DNA of 64,000 nucleotides, taken from NCBI GenBank assembly GCA_964016885.1, contig OZ024743.1:373612001-373676000 (forward strand), given 5' to 3'. The stretch's first letter is position 1, and each line of letters begins with the position of its first letter. The stretch is from Eledone cirrhosa (lineage: Eukaryota). This document shows, piece by piece, positions 1 through 13,655 of the stretch. The position numbers and the translations under genes are program-made. The notes below the pieces were generated by a model, which was given only the letters and a program-made list of their open reading frames with translations, had not been told where the DNA came from and did no database searches.

Positions 1-3000
1 TATCACTGTCTCCCTCCCGTCCTTAACCATCCTATCACTGTCTGTCTCCCGTCCTTAACCATCCTATCACTGTCTGTCTCCCGTCCTTAACCATCCTATC
101 ACTGTCTGTCTCCCGTCCTTAACCATCCTATCACTGTCTGTCTCCCATCCTTAACCATCCTATCACTGTCTCTCTCCCGTCCTTTACCATCCTATCACTG
201 TCTCTTTCCCGTCCTTAACCATCCTATCACTGTCTCTCTCCCGTCCTTAACCATCCTATCACTGTCTGTCTCCCATCCTTTATCATACTATCACTGTCTC
301 CCTCCCGTCCTTAACCATCCTATCACTGTCTCTCTCCCGTCCTTAACCATCCTATCACTGTCTCTCTCCCGTCCTTAACCATCCTATCACTGTCTCTCTC
401 CCGTCCTTTACCATCCTATCACTGTCTCCCTCCCGTCCTTAACCATCCTATCACTGTCTGTCTCCCGTCCTTTACCATCCTATCACTGTCTGTCTCCCGT
501 CCTTAACCATCCTATCACTGTCTCTCTCCCGTCCTTACCCATCCTATCACTGTCTCCCTCCCGTCCTTAACCATCCTATCAGTGTCTCCCTCCCGTCCTT
601 AACCATCCTATCACTGTCTGTCTCCCGTCCTTAACCATCCTATCACTGTCTGTCTCCTGTCCTTAACCATCCTATCACTGTCTGTCTCCCATCCTTAACC
701 ATCCTATCACTGTCTCTCTCCCGTCCTTTACCATCCTATCACTGTCTGTCTCCTGTCCTTAACCATCCTATCACTGTCTGTCTCCCTTCCTTAACCATCC
801 TATCACTGTCTGTCTCCTGTCCTTTACCATCCTATCACTGTCTGTCTCCCATCCTTAACCATCCTATCACTGTCTCTCTCCCGTCCTTAACCATCCTATC
901 ACTGTCTCTCTCCCATCCTTTATCATCCTATCACTGTCTCTCTCCCATCCTTTATCATCCTATCACTGTCTCTCTCCCGTCCTTAACCATCCTATCACTG
1001 TCTGTCTCCCGTCCTTAACCATCCTATCACTGTCTCTCTCCCATCCTTTATCATCCTATCACTGTCTCTCTCCCGTCCTTTATCATCCTATCACTGTCTC
1101 CCTCCCGTCCTTAACCATCCTATCACTGTCTCTCTCCCGTCCTTAACTATCCTATCACTGTCTGTCTCCCATCCTTTATCATCCTATCACTGTCTCCCTC
1201 CCGTCCTTAACCATCCTATCACTGTCTCTCTCCCGTCCTTAACCATCCTATCACTGTCTCTCTCCCGTCCTTTACCATCCTATCACTGTCTGTCTCCCAT
1301 CCTTTATCATCCTATCACTGTCTCCCTCCCGTCCTTAACCATCCTATCACTGTCTCCCTCCTGTCCTTAACCATCCTATCACTGTTTCCCGTCCTTAACC
1401 ATCCTATCACTGTCTCTATCCCGTCCTTTACCATCCTATCACTGTCTGTCTCCCATCCTTTATCATCCTATCACTGTCTCCCTCCCGTCCTTAACCATCC
1501 TATCACTGTCTCCCTCCTGTCCTTAACCATCCTATCACTGTTTCCCGTCCTTAACCATCCTATCACTGTCTCCCTCCTGTCCTTAACCATCCTATCACTG
1601 TTTCCCGTCCTTAACCATCCTATCACTGTCTCTCTCCCGTCCTTTACCATCCTATCACTGTCTGTCTCCCATCCTTTATCATCCTATCACTGTCTCCCTC
1701 CCGTCCTTAACCATCCTATCACTGTCTCCCTCCCATCCTTAACCATCCTATCACTGTCTCCCGTCCTTAACCATCCTATCACTGTCTCTCTCCCGTCCTT
1801 AACCATCCTATCACTGTCTCTCTCCCGTCCTTTATCATCCTATCACTGTCTGTCTCCCGTCCTTAACCATCCTATCACTGTCTCCCTCCTGTCCTTAACC
1901 ATCCTATCACTGTCTCTCTCCCGTCCTTTACCATGCTATCACTGTCTCTCTCGTCCTTAACCATCCTATCACTGTCTCTCTCCCGTCCTTAACCATCCTA
2001 TCACTGTCTCTCTCCCATCCTTAACCATCCTATCACTGTCTCCCTCCCGTCCTTAACCATCCTATCACTGTCTCTCTCCCGTCCTTTACCATGCTATCAC
2101 TGTCTGTCTCTCGTCCTTAACCATCCTATCACTGTCTCTCTCCCGTCCTTAACCATCCTATCACTGTCTCTCTCCCGTCCTTAACCATCCTATCACTGTC
2201 TCTCTCCCGTCCTTAACCATCCTATCACTGTCTCTCTCCCGTCCTTTACCATCCTATCACTGTCTCCCTCCCGTCCTTAACCATCCTATCACTGTCTGCC
2301 TCCCATCCTTTATCATCCCATCACTGTCTGTCTCCCATCCTTAACCATCCTATCACTGTCTCCCTCCCGTCCTTAACCATCCTATCACTGTCTCCCTCCC
2401 ATCCTTAACCATCCTATCACTGTCTCCCGTCCTTTACCATCCTATCACTGTCTGTCTCCCATCCTTTATCATCCTATCACTGTCTCCCTCCCGTCCTTAA
2501 CCATCCTATCACTGTCTCCCTCCTGTCCTTAACCATCCTATCACTGTTTCCCGTCCTTAACCATCCTATCACTGTCTCTATCCCGTCCTTTACCATCCTA
2601 TCACTGTCTGTCTCCCATCCTTTATCATCCTATCACTGTCTCCCTCCCGTCCTTAACCATCCTATCACTGTCTCCCTCCTGTCCTTAACCATCCTATCAC
2701 TGTTTCCCGTCCTTAACCATCCTATCACTGTCTCCCTCCTGTCCTTAACCATCCTATCACTGTTTCCCGTCCTTAACCATCCTATCACTGTCTCTCTCCC
2801 GTCCTTTACCATCCTATCACTGTCTGTCTCCCATCCTTTATCATCCTATCACTGTCTCCCTCCCGTCCTTAACCATCCTATCACTGTCTCCCTCCCATCC
2901 TTAACCATCCTATCACTGTCTCCCGTCCTTAACCATCCTATCACTGTCTCTCTCCCGTCCTTAACCATCCTATCACTGTCTCTCTCCCGTCCTTTATCAT

Positions 3001-6000
3001 CCTATCACTGTCTGTCTCCCGTCCTTAACCATCCTATCACTGTCTCCCTCCCGTCCTTAACCATCCTATCACTGTCTCCCTCCTGTCCTTAACCATCCTA
3101 TCACTGTCTCTCTCCCGTCCTTTACCATGCTATCACTGTCTCTCTCGTCCTTAACCATCCTATCACTGTCTCTCTCCCGTCCTTAACCATCCTATCACTG
3201 TCTCTCTCCCATCCTTAACCATCCTATCACTGTCTCCCTCCCGTCCTTAACCATCCTATCACTGTCTCTCTCCCGTCCTTTACCATGCTATCACTGTCTG
3301 TCTCTCGTCCTTAACCATCCTATCACTGTCTCTCTCCCGTCCTTAACCATCCTATCACTGTCTCTCTCCCGTCCTTAACCATCCTATCACTGTCTCTCTC
3401 CCGTCCTTAACCATCCTATCACTGTCTCTCTCCCGTCCTTTACCATCCTATCACTGTCTCCCTCCCGTCCTTAACCATCCTATCACTGTCTGCCTCCCAT
3501 CCTTTATCATCCTATCACTGTCTGTCTCCCATCCTTAACCATCCTATCACTGTCTCCCTCCCGTCCTTAACCATCCTATCACTGTCTCCCTCCCATCCTT
3601 AACCATCCTATCACTGTCTCCCATCCTTAACCATCCTATCACTGTCTGTCTCCCATCCTTTATCATCCTATTACTGTCTCCCTCCCGTCCTTAACCATCC
3701 TATCACTGTCTCCCTCCCGTCCTTAACCATCCTATCACTGTCTCCCGTCCTTAACCATCCTATCACTGTCTCTCTCCCGTCCTTAACCATCCTATCACTG
3801 TCTCTCTCCCCTCCTTAACCATCCTATCACTGTCTGTCGCCCATCCTTTATCATCCTATCACTGTCTCCCTCCCGTCCTTAACCATCCTATCACTGTCTG
3901 TCTCCCGTCCTTAACCATCCTATCACTGTCTCTCTCCCGTCCTTTATCATCCTATCACTGTCTGTCTCCCGTCCTTAACCATCCTATCACTGTCTCTCTC
4001 CCGTCCTTGACCATCCTATCACTGTCTCTCTCCCGTCCTTTACCATGCTATCACTGTCTGTCTCTCGTCCTTAACCATCCTATCACTGTCTGTCTCCCAT
4101 CCTTTATCATCATATCACTGTCTCCCTCCCGTCCTTAACCATCCTATCACTGTCTCTCTCCCGTCCTTTACCATCCTATCACTGTCTGTCTCCCGTCCTT
4201 AACCATCCTATCACTGTCTCTCTCCCGTCCTTAACCATCCTATCACTGTCTCTCTCCCGTCCTTTACCATGCTATCACTGTCTGTCTCTCGTCCTTAACC
4301 ATCCTATCACTGTCTGTCTCCCATCCTTTATCATCCTATCACTGTCTCCCTCCCGTCCTTAACCATCCTATCACTGTCTCCCTCCCGTCCTTAACCATCC
4401 TATCACTGTCTCTCTCCCATCCTTTACCATCCTATCACTGTCTGTCTCCCGTCCTTAACCATCCTATCACTGTCTCCCTCCCGTCCTTAACCATCCTATC
4501 ACTGTCTCTCTCCCGTCCTTTACCATCCTATCACTGTCTGTCTCCCGTCCTTAACCATCCTATCACTGTCTGTCTCCCATCCTTAACCATCCTATCACTG
4601 TCTCCCTTCCTTAACCATCCTATCACTGTCTGTCTCCCGTCCTTAACCATCCTATCACTGTCTGTCTCCCGTCCTTAACCATCCTATCACTGTCTGTCTC
4701 CCGTCCTTTACCATCCTATCACTGTCTCTCTCCCGTCCTTTACCATCCTATCACTGTCTGACTCCCGTCCTTAACCATCCTATCACTGTCTGTCTCCCGT
4801 CCTTAACCATCCTATCACTGTCTCTCTCCCGTCCTTAACCATCCTATCACTGTCTGTCTCCCGTCCTTAACCATCCTATCACTGTCTCTCTCCCGTCCTT
4901 TACCATCCTATCACTGTCTGTCTCCTGTCCTTAACCATCCTATCACTGTCTCCCTCTCGTCCTTAACCATCCTATCACTGTCTGTCTCCCGTCCTTAACC
5001 ATCCTATCACTGTCTCTCTCCCGTCCTTAACCATCCTATCACTGTCTCTCTCCCGTCCTTAACCATCCTATCACTGTCTCTCTCCCGTCCTTAACCATCC
5101 TATCACTGTCTGTCTCCCGTCCTTAACCATCCTATCACTGTCTCTCTCCCGTCCTTAACCATCCTATCACTGTCTCTCTCCCGTCCTTAACCATCCTATC
5201 ACTGTCTGTCTCCCGTCCTTAACCATCCTATCACTGTCTCTCTCCCGTCCTTAACCATCCTATCACTGTCTCTCTCCCGTCCTTAACCATCCTATCACTG
5301 TCTCTCTCCCGTCCTTTACCATCTCTCTCCCGTCCTTAACCATCCTATCACTCTGTCTCCTTTCCTTAACCATCCTATCACTGTCTGTCTCCCGTCCTTT
5401 ACCATCCTATCACTGTCTGTCTCCCATCCTTAACCATCCTATCACTGTCTGTCTCCCGTCCTTAACCATCCTATCACTGTCTGTCTCCCGTCCTTAACCA
5501 TCCTATCACTGTCTCTCTCCCATCCTTTATCATCCTATCACTGTCTCTCTCCCGTCCTTTACCATCCTATCACTGTCTCCCTCCCGTCCTTAACCATCCT
5601 ATCACTGTCTGTCTCCCGTCCTTTATCATCCTATCACTGTCTGTCTCCCGTCCTTTACCATCCTATCACTGTCTCTCTCCCGTCCTTAACCATCCTATCA
5701 CTGTCTCTCTCCCGTCCTTTACCATCCTATCACTGTCTGTCCCCCATCCTTTATCATCCTATCACTGTCTCCCTCCCGTCCTTAACCATCCTATCACTGT
5801 CTCCCTCCCGTCCTTAACCATCCTATCACTGTCTCCCGTCCTTAACCATCCTATCACTGTCTCTCTCCCGTCCTTTACCATCCTATCACTGTCTCTCTCC
5901 CGTTCTTTACCATCCTGTCACTGTCTCTCTCCCGTCCTCTACCATCCTATCACTGTCTGTCTCCCGTCCTTAACCATCCTATCACTGTCTCCCTCCCGTC

Positions 6001-9000
6001 CTTAACCATCCTATCACTGTCTCCCTTCCTTAACCATCCTATCACTGTCTCTCTCCCGTCCTTAACCATCCTATCACTTCTGTCTCCCGTCCTTAACCAT
6101 CCTATCACTGTCCGTCTCCCGTCCTTTACCATCCTATCACTGACTCTCTCCCGTCCTTTACCATCCTATCACTGTCTGTCTCCTGTCCTTAACCATCCTA
6201 TCACTGTCTCTCTCCCGTCCTTTACCATCTCTCTCCCGTCCTTAACCATTCTATCACTGTCTGTCTCCCTTCCTTAACCATCCTATCACTGTCTGTCTCC
6301 CGTCCTTTACCATCCTATCACTGTCTGTCTCCCATCCTTAACCATCCTATCACTGTCTCTCTCCCGTCCTTAACCATCCTATCACTGTCTCTCTCCCGTC
6401 CTTAACCATCCTACCACTGTCTGTCGCCCATCCTTTATCATCCTATCACTGTCTCCCTCCCGTCCTTAACCATCCTATCACTGTCTGTCTCCCGTCCTTA
6501 ACCATCCTATCACTGTCTCTCTCCCGTCCTTTATCATCCTATCACTGTCTGTCTCCCGTCCTTAACCATCCTATCACTGTCTCTCTCCCGTCCTTAACCA
6601 TCCTATCACTGTCTCTCTCCCGTCCTTTACCATCCTATCACTGTCTCCCTCCCATCCTTTATCATCCTATCACTGTCTCCCTCCCATCTTTTATCATCCT
6701 ATCACTGTCTATCTCCCGTCCTTAACCATCCTATCACTGTCTCTCTCCCGTCCTTTACCATCCTATCACTGTCTGTCTCCCATCCTTTATCATCCTATCA
6801 CTGTCTCCCTCCCGTCCTTAACCATCCTATCACTGTCTCCCTCCCGTCCTTAACCATCCTATCACTGTCTCCCGTCCTTAACCATCCTATCACTGTCTCT
6901 CTCCCGTCCTTTACCATCCTATCACTGTCTCTCTCCCGTCCTTAACCATCCTATCACTGTCTCTCTCCCGTCCTTTACCATCCTATCACTGTCTCCCTCC
7001 TGTCCTTAACCATCCTATCACTGTCTGTCTCCTGTCCTTAACCATCCTATCACTGTCTCCCTCTCGTCCTTAACCATCCTATCACTGTCTGTCTCCCGTC
7101 CTTAACCATCCTATCACTGTCTCTCTCCCGTCCTTAACCATCCTATCACTGTCTCTCTCCCGTCCTTAACCATCCTATCACTGTCTCTCTCCCGTCCTTA
7201 ACCATCCTATCACTGTCTGTCTCCCGTCCTTAACCATCCTATCACTGTCTCTCTCCCGTCCTTAACCATCCTATCACTGTCTCTCTCCCGTCCTTAACCA
7301 TCCTATCACTGTCTGTCTCCCGTCCTTAACCATCCTATCACTGTCTCTCTCCCGTCCTTAACCATCCTATCACTGTCTCTCTCCCGTCCTTAACCATCCT
7401 ATCACTGTCTCTCTCCCGTCCTTTACCATCTCTCTCCCGTCCTTAACCATCCTATCACTCTGTCTCCTTTCCTTAACCATCCTATCACTGTCTGTCTCCC
7501 GTCCTTTACCATCCTATCACTGTCTGTCTCCCATCCTTAACCATCCTATCACTGTCTGTCTCCCGTCCTTAACCATCCTATCACTGTCTGTCTCCCGTCC
7601 TTAACCATCCTATCACTGTCTCTCTCCCATCCTTTATCATCCTATCACTGTCTCTCTCCCGTCCTTTACCATCCTATCACTGTCTCCCTCCCGTCCTTAA
7701 CCATCCTATCACTGTCTGTCTCCCGTCCTTTATCATCCTATCACTGTCTGTCTCCCGTCCTTTACCATCCTATCACTGTCTCTCTCCCGTCCTTAACCAT
7801 CCTATCACTGTCTCTCTCCCGTCCTTTACCATCCTATCACTGTCTGTCCCCCATCCTTTATCATCCTATCACTGTCTCCCTCCCGTCCTTAACCATCCTA
7901 TCACTGTCTCCCTCCCGTCCTTAACCATCCTATCACTGTCTCCCGTCCTTAACCATCCTATCACTGTCTCTCTCCCGTCCTTTACCATCCTATCACTGTC
8001 TCTCTCCCGTTCTTTACCATCCTGTCACTGTCTCTCTCCCGTCCTCTACCATCCTATCACTGTCTGTCTCCCGTCCTTAACCATCCTATCACTGTCTCCC
8101 TCCCGTCCTTAACCATCCTATCACTGTCTCCCTTCCTTAACCATCCTATCACTGTCTCTCTCCCGTCCTTAACCATCCTATCACTTCTGTCTCCCGTCCT
8201 TAACCATCCTATCACTGTCCGTCTCCCGTCCTTTACCATCCTATCACTGACTCTCTCCCGTCCTTTACCATCCTATCACTGTCTGTCTCCTGTCCTTAAC
8301 CATCCTATCACTGTCTCTCTCCCGTCCTTTACCATCTCTCTCCCGTCCTTAACCATTCTATCACTGTCTGTCTCCCTTCCTTAACCATCCTATCACTGTC
8401 TGTCTCCCGTCCTTTACCATCCTATCACTGTCTGTCTCCCATCCTTAACCATCCTATCACTGTCTCTCTCCCGTCCTTAACCATCCTATCACTGTCTCTC
8501 TCCCGTCCTTAACCATCCTACCACTGTCTGTCGCCCATCCTTTATCATCCTATCACTGTCTCCCTCCCGTCCTTAACCATCCTATCACTGTCTGTCTCCC
8601 GTCCTTAACCATCCTATCACTGTCTCTCTCCCGTCCTTTATCATCCTATCACTGTCTGTCTCCCGTCCTTAACCATCCTATCACTGTCTCTCTCCCGTCC
8701 TTAACCATCCTATCACTGTCTCTCTCCCGTCCTTTACCATCCTATCACTGTCTCCCTCCCATCCTTTATCATCCTATCACTGTCTCCCTCCCATCTTTTA
8801 TCATCCTATCACTGTCTATCTCCCGTCCTTAACCATCCTATCACTGTCTCTCTCCCGTCCTTTACCATCCTATCACTGTCTGTCTCCCATCCTTTATCAT
8901 CCTATCACTGTCTCCCTCCCGTCCTTAACCATCCTATCACTGTCTCCCTCCCGTCCTTAACCATCCTATCACTGTCTCCCGTCCTTAACCATCCTATCAC

Positions 9001-9960
9001 TGTCTCTCTCCCGTCCTTTACCATCCTATCACTGTCTCTCTCCCGTCCTTAACCATCCTATCACTGTCTCTCTCCCGTCCTTTACCATCCTATCACTGTC
9101 TCCCTCCTGTCCTTAACCATCCTATCACTGTCTCTCTCCCGTCCTTTACCATCCTATCACTGTCTGTCTCCCATCCTTTATCATCCTATCACTGTCTCCC
9201 TCCCGTCCTTAACCATCCTATCACTGTCTCCCTCCCGTCCTTAACCATCCTATCACTGTCTCCCTCCCGTCCTTAACCATCCTATCACTGTCTCTCGTCC
9301 TTAACCATCCTATCACTGTCTCCCGTCCTTAACCATCCTATCACTGTCTCTCTCTCTTCCTTAACCATCCTATCACTGTTTGTCTCCCTTCCTTAACCAT
9401 CCTATCACTGTCTGTCTCCGTTCCTTAACCATCCTATCACTGTCTGTCTCCCTTCCTTAACCATCCTATCACTGTCTCCCTCCCTTCCTTAACTATCCTA
9501 TCATTGTCTCTCTCCCGTCCTTAACCATCCTATCACTGTCTCTCTCTCTTCCTTAACCATCCTATCACTGTCTCCCTCCCATCCTTAACCATCCTATCAC
9601 TGTCTCTCTCCTGTCCTTAACCATCCTATCACTGTCTTTCTCTCTCTCCCTTAACCAACCCATCACTGTCTCTCTCTCTTCCTTAACCATCCTATCACTG
9701 TCTCCCTCCCGTCCTTAACCATCCTATCACTGTCTCTCTCTCTTCCTTAACCATCCCATCAGTGTCTCTCTCTCTTCCTTAACCATCCTATCACTGTCTC
9801 TCTCTCTTCCTTAACCATCCTATCACTGTCTCCCTCCCGTCCTTAACCATCCTATCACTCTCTCTCTCTCTCCACTAACCATCCCATCACTGTCTTTCTC
9901 TCCCTTCCTTAACCATCCCATCACTGTCTCTCTCTCTCTCCCTTCCTTAACCATACTATC
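1..9960. repeat. 32-bp satellite array (consensus TATCACTGTCTCTCTCCCGTCCTTAACCATCC), about 310 units, open at the window start
   Basis: Period of 32 seen directly (TATCAC at 1 and 33), with 28- and 30-bp deletion variants; degenerates into unique sequence at about 9300-9960. Confidence 0.98.
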
Positions 9961-10274
9961 ATGGTTTCCTCCTCATCCAGTTTCATACTCTCTCACTTTT
10001 CAACTTTTTGGCCATCTCAGCTCTTCTATCTACACTCTTGGTCAGGTTTGCTTTGAAAGAACAGGCAACATCGTTGGGGCAATGGATGCTGTCTAGTGTT
10101 GGTACTATGATCAAATGTATCTAGTACACTCTATAAAGGGGTTGGTGATTGAATGGTAAAAATGTAGGGTAGAGAGATCTCTCCAGTCACACAAAGAACA
10201 AGACACTCTCCTTAGTGATGGTGCCACAACAAAATACACCTACACCCAGTAAAGTGGTTGGTGATTGAATCATA

Positions 10275-10445
10275 ATAATTGTTTCGACTTTTGGCACAAG
10301 GCTAGCAATTATGCCAATGCATTACTGGTGGTTTATTTACTGTAAGGATGAAAGGCAAAGTTAACCTCGGCGGGATTTGAACTTAGATCGTAAAGGGCTG
10401 TAACTCTATGCTGCAAAGCATGGTGTTCGACCTGTTACTGCCAAT
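10275..10445 (-). mobile_element. tRNA-derived CORE-type SINE, degenerate
   Basis: Reverse complement of the family at 44863/57950/61305 (GGATGAAAGGCAAAGTTAACCTCGGCGGGATTTGAAC). Confidence 0.8.
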
Positions 10446-10449
10446 CTCC

Positions 10450-10686
10450 TTAGTGATAGTGTTGTAATAAAATGCACTCGGACACTCTGTAAAGTGGTTG
10501 GCATTAGCAAGTGCATCCATCTGTAAAAACCATGCCAAAAATAATATGTATTGGTGAGAGTGCTCTCAGTACATGCTGCAAAGTGGTTGGCATTAGGAAG
10601 GGCAGCTGACCTGTCTAACCTCAGTATGACTGCCTATCTAACCCATGCCAGCATGGAAAATATGTGTTAAATGGTGATGATGATGA
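10450..10686 (+). mobile_element. Degenerate RTE-type 3' UTR/SINE tail ending in (GAT)n
   Basis: GTAAAGTGGTTGGCATTAGGAAGGGCA and CCCATGCCAGCATGGAAAA...GATGATGATG match the 3' end of the RTE copies in this window. Confidence 0.7.
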
Positions 10687-12419
10687 ATATATTACAACCC
10701 ACCAACCAGGCATATTATAATATATTCTTAAAATACTATAATATATTGTGGTTGCTCAACCTGTTAGAAATCACTGTCAAATCTACCTCAAATCATCACA
10801 CCCTATTTTGTGGAAGGACACATTAGACACTGAAGTTCTGGATGCACAATAAAAAAAAGTTGTTTATGGCTGTAATCTCTTTGCTCATAACTTTATACAG
10901 TGAGGTCTGACCTGGGGCTAAATAACCACCACCTCCACCACAATATATCCATATAGATGAAATATAAAGCTATTCTTTACATAATCAAAAGCTTTCTTTG
11001 TCTTGTTTTATCTATTGAAATTAATTTATTTTTGAAAGCCAACATAGTTAAAACAAAACAACTGACCAGAGATTATAAACAGACCAAAATATCTTTATAT
11101 GATATCAATATATTAATATTTATCTTGAAACATAACTGAAATAACTCTTGGCTGTTTAATATATTTGTTAGGTAGTGGAAGATAAAGCTAATTAATTTCT
11201 GTTATAAATGAATATCTCCATTCAAAGCAATTGTATGATGTATAAAATCCTTTAATTACTTAAATGTTTAACTAACTTTTGAGAGATGTAGTTGCTGCTA
11301 CTTCGTCTGCTGATGGGTTAGTAATCCATATTTTCTGACCAGCTCTATTTTATGTCCATGACTGGAAGGTTTTTGGATGCCGGCCACAGGAGCACTGTAT
11401 AATTCATGACAAACTTAGTTATTAAATAGCACATCCCTTAAATAACTTATTTATTAACTAGCACATCTCTTGAACAACTTAATTATGCCTATGGTGACCA
11501 AAGCTAGGCTTATCACGTCAATATTCATCTCTATCTTCACCTAGCAGTGCCACCCCTGGATTCTGAACCTGAGTGTGAAAGTCGGCAACCTGAATAAAAA
11601 AGGAGGACATTGGGCTACTGGATGATGGCATACTAATTAATTATTGCCCATGAACCCATTCCCTTGTCTATAAGTCCCATATCACATTATGGTAGTAACA
11701 GCCCTCAAATTATTGAGTGATATGTTGGCTTGTGGTGGTGTGTTTCAGTTCCTTCTATGAGAGTAAGCTACTCATTATAGAAGACATATCAAAGAGGTAG
11801 TCTTTCATCTGTTTAATTCTACAGAAATCAAGGCTGAATATTGATACCTCCTTCATGGTTAAGGTGTGGAGCTGAGTGGTTATGGTGTTGGACTCGCGAT
11901 CATAAAAGATTGTAGGTTTGATTCCATCATCAAGTGGTGTGTTATGCTTTCGAGCAGGTGCTTCATTTCATATTGTTTTTTATGATATGGATAGGGCCTC
12001 CTATAATTAAAAACAAAATGTCTGATAAATCTCCTAAGAGATGCAACCTCATTAGAGTCCAGCTAAGCCTGCATAGGTGTGAACTGTAAATTCCATTTCA
12101 TTTTATTTTCTTTCTTCATTTCTTCTTCTTCATGGATCCTTAGACCCTTGTGATTTGAAAAACTCGGATTAGCCAGAGAGATTACCCTTCTTCATGAATC
12201 CATGTGATTTTTAAAAGAAATAGTATAAGTTAGCTAGTTTTCTGGGAGTATAGTAATCTTTCCTGATGATCCCATAACCCTGCTAATGTCCAGTGTGTAG
12301 AACTGAGCTGGTAGAACTTGTATCTATGTGTAAGTTTTATGTAAATAAACTGTTTAAGGTCATCCAAACTGTGGTTGCGTGACATCAATATATTATTCAC
12401 TACGACTTTTCTGTTTCAG

Positions 12420-12428
12420 ATACCAGTG
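12420..12428 (+). CDS. BLTP1: Candidate 9-nt microexon of BLTP1 (ATACCAGTG; x-T-S, phase 1-1)
   Basis: Acceptor TTTTCTGTTTCAG and consensus donor GTAAGT 9 nt apart; frame-preserving and stop-free in phase 1, matching the phase of the next exons. No homology support. Confidence 0.5.
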
Positions 12429-12883
12429 GTAAGTAAAGTAGTTTAGGATTTTTTAAAAAACATAATCTGCCTATTATTATTATTTATTTATTTTCTTTAC
12501 CAACTTATCACTATATCCAAGTTAGATGAATTAGTATTTTGCATGCATTAAAGAAATCCCCTAGTTTGTTTCTGCTATTGGTTATATGTTTATCTATATC
12601 TACATATATCTTTAGCACAGTACCAATGTGGCCACCAGTGCTTCTATGGTATTGTTGGGAGATTAAATAGGGGTACTGAAAGGTAAGATGTTGGTGGTGA
12701 TGGTGGGGGTAATTGAAGGGTAAAGATGGGTGATGGAGGGGCGAGATAAAGAATACAAATAAGTAGCTGCCAGTAAAACTACCACCTTTAGTAAACAAAA
12801 CAAAATTATTAAAATTTAATTTTTAATAAACCTTATGAGATATCGAAGTGCTGGGACTGTTTGAAACTCCAAAATGTGTAAGT

Positions 12884-13050
12884 CCAAATGCTGAAAATAA
12901 CCCAAATAAGTTGATCACCATAGGTAACAGTTGAGAAAATCAGGCAAGGCACTTTTGATGACATTTTTTCATCACTAGGGATGATTTGCTTGATTTTCTC
13001 AACTGTTATCTATGGTGGTTCACTGTTCTTATGGTTACTATCTGCATTTG
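12884..13050. repeat. Imperfect inverted repeat (old MITE or fold-back)
   Basis: CACCATAGGTAACAGTTGAGAAAATCAGGCAA (12916-12947) pairs with TTGCTTGATTTTCTCAACTGTTATCTATGGTG (12986-13017); weaker outer arms. Confidence 0.8.
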
Positions 13051-13204
13051 AGGCTCTCACAGTTTCAGATTTTAACTTTCAATGTGTAACTAATTTTTGA
13101 TCAACTTTACAGTGGGAGCTGCTGATAAAATATATTCTGTAAAAAGGTGGTCTGTAGTTTAAACGTGTTTGGGAAACTCTCCTTTATGTGAACAGCTAAA
13201 AAAA

Positions 13205-13655
13205 AAACAAAACCTTTTCTTCCTGGGAGGGTCGTGGGGGTAGCATCTTTAAACACTCTTTCCACCAGGTCTTGTCAGAAGCAACCGTCTCCAACTGATC
13301 TGGCTGGATTCTCCAAGTGCAACCAGCCAAGCTCATGGATGTTACCCAAACATCTTGCTTGGGATCTACCCCTGGGTTTCCTGCCAATTACTTTTGCCCG
13401 TAAAATCTGTCCAGCAATTCTTTCCTGAGATGTTCTAACCACATGCCCATAGTATCGGAGCTGTGATCTCTCAATTTAGAGAAGTAGTGGCTCTACCTGG
13501 AGTGATTCTCTGATCTCCGAGCCATGTACTCTATCGAGTAATGTTATTCCAAAGACCCTTCAGAGGAACCCCATTTCGACTGCTTGTATTCTCAATCGTA
13601 TTCTTTCAGTCATTGCCCAAAATTCATGACTATAGGTAAGGGTTGGCATGGATAC
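13205..13655 (-). mobile_element. Old RTE-like LINE 3' fragment (second family)
   Basis: Minus-strand translation ERSQLRYYGHVVR...GRKPRGR resembles an RTE ORF C-terminus; second copy at 44375-44720. Confidence 0.75.

Noticed and set aside
5950-8239. Two identical 60-aa minus-strand ORFs
   Set aside because: Read-through of the satellite; useful only as markers of the 2107-bp duplication.
1-9960. CRISPR-like 32-bp periodicity
   Set aside because: Head-to-tail repeats with no unique spacers, no cas genes, and a eukaryotic context.
11286-11322. Possible small exon (ACTAAC...GAGAG|ATGTAGTTGCTGCT...GG|GTTAGT)
   Set aside because: Poor pyrimidine tract and no acceptor/donor pair giving a stop-free phase 1-1 exon.
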